Shown piece after piece: positions 40,946-54,602 of a DNA stretch of 64,000 nucleotides. A program made the position numbers and the translations under genes. The stretch's first letter is position 1. Each line of letters begins with the position of its first letter. A model generated the notes under the pieces. It made no database searches. It was not told the origin of the DNA and saw only the letters and a program-made list of their open reading frames with translations. Source of the stretch: Ruditapes philippinarum (lineage: Eukaryota). The stretch is from NCBI RefSeq assembly GCF_026571515.1, contig NW_026853973.1, forward strand, positions 434,001 to 498,000, given 5' to 3'.

Positions 40946-43746
40946 AATGTGGACGAGTGACTTGACAATGGTCAAATTTTAATTTTATCGAAATAATAAT
41001 TATTTTACAGTAATGAGACTACATTGCAATCTTTGATGATTTGATTATGACAATCATAGGTACATCAACCCTTATAAAAATAAATGTATTAAATAAACTT
41101 GTCTATCCTTTAATCTAAATAAAACCATTTATCATTATTAGGCAAAATTTCAAAATTTGTAGCGGCTGATTAATGCGAACACTGCAGGTCATCGGATGAC
41201 TTTGGTCTGACCTGGTTGCATGGGTATATGTAGTTGCCACCAGTAGTATATTGTCGTAACATAATATGTCCCCATTTAGAAACCATTCACAGGCATATAA
41301 TACGATTTTTGACAGATACATTTATCATACATTGTAAATTAGGTAAGCAGCTACTATTAAAACAAATTAGTTGAATTAACCTTTTGATTTGCTATATTAT
41401 ATAAACAAATATAACAATATATAAACACAACATACTAGTATATAAATAATTATACTACCCATCAGACATTAGTCCGATTGTCAATCAAATTCTTTTCAGC
41501 AACATTCCATCTTCATAAGTGACGCTCTTGTTACAGTAATCAAATTGAACTTGTTACAGTAATTAAATTGAACCACTTCATATCAAAATCTGAATATAAG
41601 TCTGGTATATTAAAGGTATAATTAATGAAAACAGTTTACACTATTTACACAGTATCACTTTTTTGAAATTAAACACTCCAACTATGATAATAACAAATAC
41701 AATTACTATATAACAAAGACACACAATCAGTTATTTAGTGCTTTAAAAACATATACATTATAATTTGGACCCATATCAAGAATATTGCAACTACTTAAAA
41801 AATCCATTGATTTTATATTATACTATTGACTACTTTACATATAAGGACGCCAATAGATAAAATGATGATTATTTTTAAAAATCTTTTAACGTGACGAAAA
41901 CATGCGGTTCTCATCATTATGTGAAGACAACAGATTTTATCATAGATTATGTAATACAAAAACAAACCTTCAAGACAGAAACAAATCAAAACAATGTTTG
42001 TAAAACTTGGAACGTTTTCATAACTTTATTTATAAATTTGGTCTCCTTGTTTCAATAATAATACGATCCAGTGCATATTGATTATTTTGATTGATCTGTA
42101 TTGAAAAAGGTATCTAAAACGACATGGATGTGCATTTATCATGATTTCAAATTATAAACGATTGATTGTGTTGATTAATTGTGTAACAGACAGATACTAG
42201 TGTGTTTTTTGTTAATGAAATTTTATCAATGTCATTAACAATATATCCGATTAAAGTAAAACTCTTGACTCAAATAGTAAATTGATTTTATATTTTGTTA
42301 ATAAATATCTAAACTTAAAAATAAATAATAAATTATTTGACACGGTAAAGGATTAAGTGTAAAGCACACGTATGTGTATGTGATGTAGTAAAATGATGGC
42401 ACCATGCGATCTGTGCAGACCAAGATCAACCCACTAATCCGTGCCGTTTGATCATGGTCTGCACTGTTCGCTATTCAGACAGGGCTTCTTTTAAATTTAT
42501 TTTTAAATTTTCCTTTAAATAGTTAGCGGTTTTGTACAGATTGGAATTTGACATGTCCATTTTAGATGTTTTGTATGTTATTTTATTTATTTTTTCGTTT
42601 CCACCAACTCGAACCATCCGTAAATTATGAGATCGTGATGTAATGTGGATAAAAATCTTTTTTCAAATATGTTTTCTTTTTCCATATCTAATATAGGGTT
42701 ATCATATAAACAACACACTTCTGATGAACTCAATATTTCAAATAGAATTTTAAATAATTTATTAGTATTGTTCTCTTCAAGTATTTGTGCACGTGATGTC
42801 CATTATCATATTGTGCGAGTTAGAATAATATTCTGCTGTTTGGGTTTTTTTCCATATTCATGTCACTCTAAATCACATTGTGTTCATTAAACTGAAAAGT
42901 GGTTATTACTTTATTAACAATAAATTACGCATTTTGTTGTTGTCAATGTCATCCCTTTCATTTACAAGTGTTAAGAAAGTCATCTTGTAAAACACACAAG
43001 TGTATTTCCAATTGTATCTTTGTTTCACTTTCACATTCTTCTTTCAAAATTGTATCACAACTTCATTATACACTGTGTGTTATTACTTTGAGTTGTATAT
43101 AGTGGTAAATTGATGGTAAGAGAAAAATTATTTGATACACGAAAAACAATAGTCACAAGTCCGCCTCCATAAGCCGATTATTTGTGTTGTCTATGTGCAT
43201 TCCAGTTATCAGTTATATTTATATATTTATCGAAACAAATATTTACGTCCACATGACGTTTTTTCTATATCTTTATAATCATTGACAAGTATTGACAATT
43301 GAAAAGACGATAGTATCAACATAACACATGTAATGACAATAAAACGGGGTTGAACTCAATATGGATCTTAAAAATTGAGCATCTGTAAAAAAAATGTCAA
43401 TTTCAGTTGATTCAGATGTGTGCTATAAGCACCAATGTGAACGCGAAAGTAAGTCAATCAGAGGGAGAGAGTTTTCATCTTTTTTTTAAAAAGCATTTTT
43501 ATAAAATTCAAAGCCTTTTTGAAGTCCCTAATCTAGTGGGTGTGTTTTGAGGCTTTAGATTTTGTATCACGTTTACCTCTAAAAAGTGCTTGACCTGGAG
43601 TCGTCAACAATCTTTACAGGAATGATAATATCCTTCCGTCGTTGGTTAACATGTATATGAAAACAGACTTAAAAAAGACGAAATAGCCGCTACAATTATT
43701 TCATCTATTTTCTCATTGATTGTCATGCAGGTAAATCTCTTTATGT

Positions 43747-43889
43747 NNNNNNNNNNNNNNNNNNNNNNNNNNNNNNNNNNNNNNNNNNNNNNNNNNNNNN
43801 NNNNNNNNNNNNNNNNNNNNNNNNNNNNNNNNNNNNNNNNNNNNNNNNNNNNNNNNNNNNNNNNNNNNNNNNNNNNNNNNNNNNNNNNN
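43747..43889. other. Assembly gap (143 N)
   Basis: Run of N. Confidence 1.
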
Positions 43890-44639
43890 ATCGGTTCACA
43901 GAGGATATAGTTTCGAGTAAATAATTCAAATGAATATTGAATGCAATAAATGTGAATTACATTCTGCACAAGAACTGATCATTTTTTTAGCAGAAATGCG
44001 TTAATTGGGATTTGTTTATTTTAAGCTTCTTTCGACTTTACGGCCGAATAACTGCTTAAATTTAAAAGGGATTAGTACTAAATGTCTTACGAGTATTGTT
44101 TAAAACTTTCCTTAGCAAAACTATAATTAACTATAATTATATATATTATATATTATATGTATATATTAATAATTCAAAAATAAGCTGCTTAGCATTGTTT
44201 GATGTCTAATTATAGAACATAATCGTAAAATGTTCGCTTACATATGGATCTTCTTATTAGTAAACAATATTATTTGACATAGATTTCATGTCTTAACTGA
44301 AAACCTTTGATATAATGGGCGTTATTACTTCCAAATAACTATCTTAATCGGCAAATGTAATTTACGTGTTATTGAACATGAATTTCAGAATAAAATACAA
44401 ACAATGCTTCATTAAAGTGATCCGTAAAATATGTTGATCGATCAAAAAAATTTGATTTCATGAAAATTTATGCATGTTGTATAAATAATTTCGACTTTTA
44501 ATAGTGACTAGTATTACTAACTTAAACCTCTTGTACTCATGTACTACGTGTATGTTAAAATTTGAAGACTTGACAAAAGATATCTGAAGCTGTTTTACAA
44601 TTATGTCGGATAATTTAATCACCTATTCTTAAGGATAAT

Positions 44640-44876
44640 TGAGCTGCGTCACGACAAAACCAACGTAATGTGTTTGCGATCAGCATGGATCCAGACCAGC
44701 CTGCGCATTCGCGCAGTCTGATCAGGATCCATGCTAATCGCTTACCAACTCTATTAAAAGTAGGGAAACTGATAGCTAACAGCATGGATCCTGATCAGAC
44801 TGCGCGGATGCGCAGGCTGGTATGGATCCATGCTGGTCGCAAACCCATTATGTTAGTTTTGTCGTGACGCGGCTCA
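44640..44876. mobile_element. Complete palindromic MITE (~237 bp, ~95-bp inverted arms)
   Basis: TGAGCTGCGTCACGACAAAAC...GTTTTGTCGTGACGCGGCTCA. Confidence 0.9.
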
Positions 44877-46820
44877 TTTAATTGTATAGTAAACAATGAC
44901 TCATCCATATATTGCACCATTCTTGTTGAAATATAGTTTTATAAACACGTGTTATTAGTTTCCGAATTATCATATGAAAAACCTTTCACTAAACGGACAT
45001 TGTATTAACATGTTAAGGTAAACAAAAAACAAAATTGTTTCACGTTTTAAATCTTGGAATCCCGTTAAACTATTAATAGTTAGATACATGTTTGTTTATT
45101 TATAGAATATCAAGCGAATATGCGTATTTTAAAATTGAAAAAATCCAAGTAATATATATAAATATATTTTCAGAAATAAATTAGATTTTACTTAAACATG
45201 AATTTTATATTTTTTGAAAATGGTTTAAAAAACGTTAGATGCTTGTTACCTGAAAAAAAAGTAGCGATAAATGCGAAATATTTTTTTTATAAAAGTAGCA
45301 ACATGTAAAAAAGTAGTATTTTGACTTCCATACAAAATACTAATTCACAATAAGTAATAGTTATATTATATAAAACGAGTTAGTTACGAGGATATAGCGA
45401 TATTAAGGGATGTTTCTGCCTTTGCCCCAGCAACTAACAAGTTTTTCATAAATTATAACTGTTTTATCGAAATTTCATAATTTTCTTGCAATAGAAATCA
45501 GCACCCCCCCCCCCCAAAAAAAGACAAAAACAAACAAACAAATAAAATAGGGCTCTTTTGTGCCTTTTCACTTTTGTTTCAAATGGAAACCGCAGATAAA
45601 ATGAACCAATACCATCTAATGCTCTAATGCTGTCGTAAGCAACCTTACAGCTATTAATAATAAGACAGTTGTTTGATGTTGTTTTCGTTGCCGCAAAAAA
45701 GGAGGAAGTAGTGTGGATTCTAGATTAAAGATGTACCAGTTGTATATTTGAAAATAAATTAAATAAATAAATTTCATTGATTATCTTTGTTTATATTATT
45801 CGGAATGTTACTTACCGCTGCCCCATTAGAGGCTCTGTGGGAAAAAACAGCTGATGCTGTATACAAAGTACGAAAAAACTCAACTGTTATATATTAGCTG
45901 AGTTTTCTTTTACTATATAAATATATGATAAAACTGCACTGTTTTATATCAATACAGTTTTCAAATGCTCAGAAAGAAAGAAAAGCAACTTTGAAACCAT
46001 GCGATAATTGTATCTATAGCCAGAAAACAACATATGAAAAAGATGGCTCTGGTAATTGGCCAAAGAATAACTTTTTTGGTTACTATAAAAATACACCCAA
46101 ATTAAAAAGCTTTTGAGAAATAAAAATAAAAGGATTTCTGAGAGAAAAAAGGCCGTTAAAATCATTCATGATAAAATGATACAGAATAAAATCATTATCA
46201 ATTTTAAATAATAAATTAATGTAACATTATTTCATAACACGAAGTACCTTTTAAAAAGATACTCGGCCGAAGTAATACTGTTTAACATGCGAAAGTATAT
46301 TATTTTTAAGTTTTCAATACAAAAAGAAATGTTGGCAATGCTTGCACAACAATGACATGATAATTATTTCTTGTAGCTATTAAGAAAATACCCATTTTGT
46401 AAAAATTGAAATTAAATTATAGCATATTGATATTGATGATTTTTCAAAGAAAAACAACTTCCATTTAAGGTGTCATTTTAACTTGTTTGACTTTATAAAT
46501 TTTGTAATCATTTACAAATTAACCTAAAAGTTAAAGACCTATCATCATTCCTGTACATTTTATAGTTTAGAACTATCCTTTACATTTTATTTTATATTGA
46601 TAGTGACAAAACTATCCCTTACATTTTATCATAATTTCATTTTAGAATAGTAAGAACTATCCTTTTTTTAGAATGTATAGAACTAACCTACGAGAAACAC
46701 GGATTTCAGTTTGTAATTTTATTATGACCAATGAAAATTCTTCTTATATTCAGTCCGTCCCTGTTAATTTTACAGGAAGTCAAACCGATAACAGACGGAC
46801 TTCGTCCGAAAAAAATCTTC

Positions 46821-47726
46821 TTAAGCAACCATTTGAGCCCGCACAGTTCCTTTAATTTGTGCTCTACAAATAGCACACTTAGAAAGTGCAGGGATACACT
46901 GAGAACAACAGGCCAAGTGGCCACACGGTAATGTAATTATACTGGCAATAGCATCAAAGCATATTTTACAAGTTACTGGCTCTTTCAATTGTCTGTTAGC
47001 TTCTTCAATATCCCTATATGTCTCGGACTCACTATCGTCTGATTCTGCTTCTAACTCTCGCTTTTCTTTTATTTCTTCTACAACTTTAACAAGATCAACA
47101 GCAGAAAAATTTCTTAATATATCTTTCTTTATCAAAGATTTAATAGCCGTATTGATGATATCCTCATTTGAACAATACAGTCTAGCTACACTCACAGCAT
47201 CCTCGTTCCTTTTCATAGCCAGTTGTACGGTGTCAACTACACCGTCAGTACCACAGGCACCTTCATCAGAATATTCATCACTTTCATCCATAATCCAATT
47301 AACATATCCTTTTCCTTTACATTGAATGACATGTCCGCACGTGGGGCTTGCCAAAACGTGTTGTTTCCAAGGGCACGCCCCTTCAGGCCAATCCTTAAGT
47401 CCTATTCCGCAATAAAAACATCTCACAGAGTCACACACTCCCGTATATGCAAATCCGGCTTCTGATAATTGATCAATTGTTGGTACTTTCATGGTTCCAA
47501 GCCAGTTTTTATAAGACAACTTTCTTGATGCTAAACAGGCATATTGTTTGTGTTTAGGCTTATCAGTTATAATTCCAAGGATTTCACATTGAGATTTATG
47601 TCCTGCCTTTTGAAGCTGTGCATTATTTTTGAAACCTGCAGCAGTATGATCTGTTAAACCACTTTCGTTCAACTGTAAGCGTTTACGAAAATAATCCTTA
47701 ACTCTCGAAAAATCAGTTGTTGCCAT
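46821..47726 (-). CDS. Inhibitor-of-apoptosis (IAP/BIRC) family protein: one BIR, UBA-like domain, C3HC4 RING; intronless, 301 aa
   Basis: BIR with AGFAYTG and CX2CX16HX6C (CFYC...H...C); helical UBA-like middle; C-terminal CKICFD..LPCGHLACCSQC..CAICR RING; TATA-like TATATA ~65 nt upstream of the ATG. Confidence 0.95.
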   Translation of the reverse strand: MATTDFSRVKDYFRKRLQLNESGLTDHTAAGFKNNAQLQKAGHKSQCEILGIITDKPKHKQYACLASRKLSYKNWLGTMKVPTIDQLSEAGFAYTGVCDSVRCFYCGIGLKDWPEGACPWKQHVLASPTCGHVIQCKGKGYVNWIMDESDEYSDEGACGTDGVVDTVQLAMKRNEDAVSVARLYCSNEDIINTAIKSLIKKDILRNFSAVDLVKVVEEIKEKRELEAESDDSESETYRDIEEANRQLKEPVTCKICFDAIASIITLPCGHLACCSQCIPALSKCAICRAQIKGTVRAQMVA

Positions 47727-50700
47727 TAAATGAATATATCTGTTACTTACAACCTCTGTAAAGTTATGACGTATTGTAAAATGTTCAACCTATATATCGT
47801 TCTGTACTTTTAGAATTTTATGTAAGGGATCCCAAAGAGAATTGCGAAATATGTAAACAATACTCACTGTTTATCTTAATTTCGAGCTATTTTTAAACTT
47901 CAATTTTCCAATGAAATGATACATATATAACGGTGTTAAAGGGATTGTTATCAATACTTTTTCGTAGCTGAAATTTTTCTTGAAATTTATATTTTAAATC
48001 AGATAAATTCTTTTTATAAAACATTTTCGGATATATCAAAGTTATATTATGCTCAAATTTAATATTTGAAAAAAAAAAAACCCAAAAAACTTATAATTAC
48101 TTAACAGTCTCTTTTGAAATATAAAATAAACATTTTTGCAATACACATTGACAATATACGTTACGTTTTAAACTCTACACACTGGCAGAATCGACCAAAT
48201 TAAGTTGACATAATGAATGCATCTTCCCAAACACAGTTTATACATTAATGTATCCAAATAAGACAAATTTAGGAAGAATTTACCGGATGTAAATAAATTT
48301 CTGCTATAAAATTATTTTACCCAAAGATGAGCATAGTGTATCTTTAGGCAAAAGTGTCGTGTTGTCATGAACCTAGTAGTAAAATCAAAATTTGTAATTC
48401 AGTTTTAAAGTACTGTTCAATAATAAAGTGTCTTAAAAATAAACCATATGGCATAATGCGAGAATACATTTTAAATATATACGCAGTACGTTATAAGGTT
48501 TTCTTAATACAGTTATAAATACATTATGAAAACTACAGTTTATTTATATTTAACCACGTACTCCATAGTTTGTACTTGTTTTCGGACACATTCTTGAACT
48601 TATTACAATGATAACACATTTGTTGTAAACAAGTTCGGGTTTATTTTCATTAAAAACTAACTTTTCATTACTAGTTTCTTTATTTGTCTTGGTTTGTAAG
48701 AAAAACTGCAGTTTTTTAATTATATCATCCTGTTTAAAAGTAAATAACCCCTTTTTTGCAGAAAAAAAGAACGATTACGTTTTATTATGAAATGCATTGA
48801 CACCACAGTAGTTATAATGTATGTAATAACTTTCTATTACATGCAAATATGATCAATGAAACATGGCTTAAAATAGATCAAACGTATTTAACTTTATCAT
48901 GACATTACATTGATTTGTGTTGATAAAGTGCGTGCCTGATATATTTAGACACCTCATCAATACATATTGAAATAACACGAAGATAATAGAATATTTAAAC
49001 TCTTACTTGTTTGAAAACATCAAATTGATAAACTTTGTTAAACTGATAAATTTTGAATCGACTAGAATTTATAAATATTAATATCTCTCTTATAGAACAG
49101 AACAGAATAGAACAAATATTTAATTTGAAAAAATAAAAAACCCACAAAAAACCAACATATTCTTGGTATGACATGGAAAAATACATGCATTTGACTCAAA
49201 ACATTTGCGACTTTTTGTTATAGATATGACCCTTGGCATATATTACTGCGCGCGGCATGAACTTGAGAAGTTCTTTACAGGTTTTTTGTTTCATTTTGAA
49301 ATTTAAACAAGTTAAATGTTGATGTTGCACATCAAAGACGCCGCCAAATGATGTGAACAGTCAATCAGCATTGAAAATCGTTCCCTATTACACTATCAAT
49401 ACAATGATTCTATTACACTTTAAACAGTCTTTGTTTTGGGAATCTCATAAATAGGATATTATATTTGTGTAGGTTCATTATTGAATGTATTGAACTCCTT
49501 GAATAAAATAATATAATGCCTGCCAGAGGCATGAAATAATTCATATAAAAATCAGTATTGAACCTATATTCATTCAATATGCTCTATAGAAATATCGTCA
49601 GAAAGGCACCCGTGTAGAATGTGTTTGATTACGAAAAGTACATGGATATCTGCACATATTCTAAAAATGTGACAAAATTCGTAGAATTTCACAGAATTAT
49701 TTTTCATGATTTGATGACGTTATGAATGAGAGTGAGTGCATATCGTTACGCGGCAAAAATGTAAAAAAAATGACTTAAATGACATGAAATAGAAGTCGAT
49801 TTTTTTTTGGTTTTGTATGTAAGATCAGGTGTATGTCTATGCTTATTGAGGGTCCATCCACACGTTAAGACACAAAAAACGGCTTTCGTTGTCGAGTACG
49901 GAAATAGGACATGTCACCAGTAAGGCCCTTAAAGACTCAATTTTGCAGCACCCGTTAAATGATCTTAGAGTATTAGCAAATGAAATGAATTTTTGAGCCT
50001 GTTAACACCTAAACGTACAGTAAACAGTGACAATAATGAAGAGGGAAGTTTGTGCCAGCAAGGAACGCCGCCGTTCAAGTCTTCTTTTCGGAATAGGAGT
50101 TCACGCACCCTAGTACCAATCCTCGTTGTCACTGCCACGTTTAAGTTCCTCTTCCCTAGGTTTCAGTCAGGAAATCGGCAGCTAACCTCATACATACTTA
50201 GTTGTGCCACCTTAAATGTTAGATGAGTTGTAGAAAGCCAATTTTGCTATCTTATACGTTACAGTGGATCTTCAATCGTCTGCCGATGCCCCGTGTGCTC
50301 GTAACGATGGGAAAAGAGAAGTGAAAACCAATTAGTGGCTACACCACTCGTGAAAATATTACATCTGATGTACATTCTGTGAAATTTATTTCGATCAAAT
50401 ATCCCCTCTCTATATAGATATGCGTACTATTTATAACAATGTGTAATATTTGTTCAGGGTTGTACTTGTTAATCTTAAACGGTACAAAGAACGTCTGATA
50501 AGAGGTAAAGAATTTGTTTCAATTTAATTTAATTCAAACGTTTACTGTATAGAACAATATTTGCATCATTTATTTAATTGAACTGCATATGTGCAATATA
50601 CATAAAGATTGTTTATAGTTCGTGCACAAATGTACTACCAATCTAAAAAAATACTTATAAGTTTCATCTCAAGAAACTTTAATGTGATCTTCAAAATTCT

Positions 50701-51371
50701 GTCAAATTTAATCTAAAATTTTGTATAAGTTTATGTTGAACAAAAAATGCGCTTATGCTGTGCACACATATCTCGGAAAGTGCATTTGTGCTGTGGCACG
50801 TGCTAACCGCTTTTTCTTATGTCACGGAGCACATTCATATTTAACATTATTGCTTTTCACAGATATTGATTAATTTATGCTAATATTGGATCAGTTATAG
50901 ATCAATATGTTGGCCACAAAATGTGTGTTATTGTAAAAGCTTCGCGAAACACCAATTACCTTATATTTTATTATGTTTGTAGGTTAACTTAGGTAAATTC
51001 GTAAATGCTACATTTTCTTCAAAGTGTTTTGTTCCATCAGAATCTGTCATTTACAGGTAATCTAACACCACAATATCTTGTTACATGATGCGTTGATAAA
51101 ATTAATGGGATTAAACGCTATTCAGTATTGTAAAAAATATAAAATATGTGTATATAGAATCTGATAAAGTAAGCATTAATATTGTCTGTCATGTGATACA
51201 TTAATACCGGTATAGGTAGCTATGTAATATCAAAAATAATACACTTATTTATTAATTACATCTGTATTGTATTTTTATAAATTTTGACCGAAATATGGAT
51301 ACATATGATATCAAGCAGAACTTTTAAAACAATTGTCTTACATCATATGTCATGATAATAATGGTCATTTT

Positions 51372-51622
51372 TTTATTTGGTTTTACATCGCACCAACACA
51401 GAATAGGTATTATGGCGACTTACAAGCTTTACTGGTCGAGAAAGAGCTCAGGTGCCCCTCTATACATTATTTCAGGCAGGCACAAACGGACACCAGAGTA
51501 GAACCACCGACGTTCCGTATGCTAGCTGAATAGCTTTCTCACATTTGTGCGGCTAAAACTTACTGTGGTGAGAGGCATGTGGTGTGAAGTCAATGACCTT
51601 GACAATTCGGCCACGGACACCT
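51372..51622 (-). mobile_element. tRNA-derived SINE copy (a second fragment lies at ~51745-51830)
   Basis: Reverse complement of head (TCGGCCACGGACACC) and body. Confidence 0.8.
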
Positions 51623-52494
51623 CTAAATGACTTTACATTACTTCTAATATTGACATGTTGTAAAATTCTTAAGAAGGAAAAACTACAGTTCAGTAGGATT
51701 TTAGTAAAGCACGCACTTTGTCATATATCGAGTTCCAGACTTTACTGTTTTTTTTTTCAGGCACGAACGTGCACTTGAGTAGAACCAACGGTCTTCTTTG
51801 AGCAAACTGAATAGTTTCGTCGTATAAAACAAACACAAGTATCAAAGCGGGATTTAAAAATTAACTGTGGTTAGGTGCACCGACCTTAAAGCATAGAACT
51901 GAAATGACCCTATACACCATATGGTATGAAATCACATTTGAAACAAGACTGGTCAGCTTAACATTGGCTAACTTGGCAAAATATCCAGTGAACTTCTGCG
52001 TTTTCCCCCATTAATACTTCTGTCCTGTGTCAATATCTGCTGATGTTATAAATGATAAAATGTATTTTGTTTCTATCTTCAGTTTTATTTTTAGTTATCT
52101 TTAAATTAAATATAAAAAAGGAAACATTTAGTTTGACGAAAACGTTAACGTCAAAAATAAAGTTGTTAACAAAACCCAAGTCAATTATTGTATCCTATTC
52201 ATTTGTTATTGAATGCATAACATTATCGGCTGAATAAACAACAATGGAATTTCTGAAGAGTTCGTCGATTCAACACCAATCCTTTACAATCAAATATCGC
52301 ATTGATTACGACGTTTTGATAAATGCACCTTTTGAGATAAATATCGTAAAGTCATATAAATCTTACTGCAAAAAGCGAAAAGTAAAAAAAAATAATAATA
52401 AGAAACAGTCGTTAAAAAATAAAACAGCCATATAACACAACAAGATGTTCTATACAAGAAAACTTTGTATTTGGTTTATACAGTATATAGTTTA

Positions 52495-52685
52495 GTTCGA
52501 TTGTGTAAGAAGCTATAAGCTTATAGACACACTTTCAAGTCCGTTCCTGGAACCAACCAAAACTGAGCAATGAGTGTAAAGTTTCTTGCTCAATAAAACA
52601 ACCACTTGCCACTTGCCACTGACGGGGTTTGAACTCATGCGGCTAGCGATCATGAGATTACTAGTCCGACGCGTTCACCACACTT
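52495..52685 (-). mobile_element. Different tRNA-derived SINE, CORE-like
   Basis: Minus strand shows B box GAGTTCAAACCCC followed by TTGAGCAAGAAACTTTACACTCATTG, resembling the CORE domain. Confidence 0.55.
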
Positions 52686-53509
52686 TGTATTTATACATGT
52701 ACATAATAAGGATTTTGACACAACTCCTGGGCGCCCTGCTGTGGTGGCTTGGGTGTGTCGGGGGCTGCGTCCTGTGAACCTTGCCTTTACCTTGTTGACC
52801 TTTATTCTCGTCTTCTATAGCAAACATTAATTTACCTAGAAATTCAATATATATTCCATTTAATATATTTACATGTTCAGTATATAGTGCATTGACATTG
52901 TATCCGCACTTTATATATTGTCATGTAATTGAATTGTAATGAAGTTGTGAGTATAGCATTAAAATTTAAAGAATTATGTAATTCCTATGCTCCAGACAGA
53001 TTATTTACCAATCTTATTAGACTGCCTGAAAATTGAAAAAGAAAATTAACTTTTGTTGAAGGACACATTCTGCTTTGAAATTTATTTGCACATTTCTTTT
53101 TCTAGCAATTCTTAGTTTACACCGATGAAGAATAAATCTACATTGCAAAAATAAATTGAAAGTTAGGGTTTTTGTCCATTTCTCGAATGAAATTTCGTAA
53201 TAAAGTGTTCTAAGTTTGTAAAGTATACTAATTTGTAAAGGTTTAACAAAAAAAATTTAAAGAAAATTTTATCAGAAAATATAGATATAAGTTTTGAATA
53301 ATATGGTTTCCTCTCATTTTTTCATTGTCAAGATGGGCTAAATGAAATATTTATTTAAAAGGATTGACTGTAATAACGAGAATAAAGGTTAACACAGACT
53401 GACAGACGGGAGAAAATTGAATCAATCACATAAAGATAGATAAAGTTTGCAGATGGACAATAAGAAAGTTATATACATTGAGATGTGATTGAAAAGAAGT
53501 AAAAATGGG

Positions 53510-54165
53510 TCAAAGACAGAAAAGGCCGGTTTGCATTTGTATACCAAATATCATGAGACTGTGATGTTGCGAAAATTTCCTACCATTGACCATTAATGTC
53601 GAAAATTTAACTAAGTTGGTAAACAGGAAATGGATGATTGACACACCTGAAATCGAATCCCACGGTATGGGACTACGTGTCAATGTTGTATGCCAAATAT
53701 CAAGAGGCAGTGATAAGTAGTTACTGAGAAAACTGTTACGAAAATTTGCTTTCATTGACCATTAATGTCGAACATTTAACTAAGTCGGTAAACTGAAAGT
53801 GGATGAGCGACGGACCTGAAATCGAATCCCACTTTATGGGACCATGTGTCTATGTTGTATGCCATATATCAAGAGACTTTGAGTAGCAATTGCTGAGATA
53901 ACTGTTCCGAAAATTTCTACCATTGACCATTTATGTCGAAAATGTAACTGAGTCGGTAAACAAGAATTGGATGAGCGACAAACTGAAATCGAATCTCAAG
54001 GTATGGGACTATGTGTCAAGGCTGTATGCCAAATACCAAGAGGCTGTGATAAGTAGTTGCTGAAAAAACTGTAATGAAAATATTTTTCCCACCCGCACGC
54101 CCGCCGCCCGACATTCACCATACTATAATCCGGGTTTGCACCTGTGCAACCCGGCAAAAAAAACC
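53510..54165 (-). mobile_element. Third HINE/DINE-like family with ~169-bp core repeats
   Basis: Three to four tandem cores (CATTGACCATTAATGTCGAA at ~53584, 53753, 53921), GC-rich microsatellite, terminal inverted CCGGGTTTGCAC..GTGCAACCCGG. Confidence 0.7.
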
Positions 54166-54533
54166 AAAAAAACGATGACACATTCAACATTTCATCTCTT
54201 TGTTTTGATTTAAAAACATGATCGGTTCAGATCCATTGTCATTAAACTCACATATCAAATACATATAAATCATATTTCCTTCAATTGTGGACAATTTTGC
54301 AGTTTCATTTATTTTCTATCAGAAAACAAATCAAAGCACAGAAGGCGCTGAATTTGTTTGGGCCTCAGTATGTCAGAAAGGTGAAGGTTGTGAGATTATA
54401 AACCAATTTGTTTTTGTATAGTGCCACCAATGCATTCCAGCGTTTTAATTGTAGTAAATTGGCTATAAGACTAATTGCAACACTGATATTCAAATTCAAT
54501 GTTTATTTGACTTAAACAATTTGAAAAACATTA

Positions 54534-54602
54534 GTGTCCTAACTGGGATTTGAACTCCAGACCTCTCGCTTCCCAAGCGATCGCGCTAACCCCTCGGCCA
54601 CG
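54534..54602 (-). pseudogene. Isolated tRNA-like head (SINE remnant or tRNA pseudogene)
   Basis: TGGCCGAGGGG A box, TCGC-TTGGGAA-GCGA arm, GAGTTCAAATCCC B box; acceptor stem does not pair. Confidence 0.5.

Noticed and set aside
42640-43100. Coding-like relics on the minus strand (also ~57040-57600 and ~61800-62400)
   Set aside because: Multiple stops and no recognisable family.
43646-43969. ORFs spanning the N run
   Set aside because: Artefacts of the assembly gap.
47712-47726. IAP N-terminus ATTD as a self IAP-binding motif
   Set aside because: Lacks the P3 Pro/Ala and hydrophobic P4 of AVPI/ATPF-type motifs.
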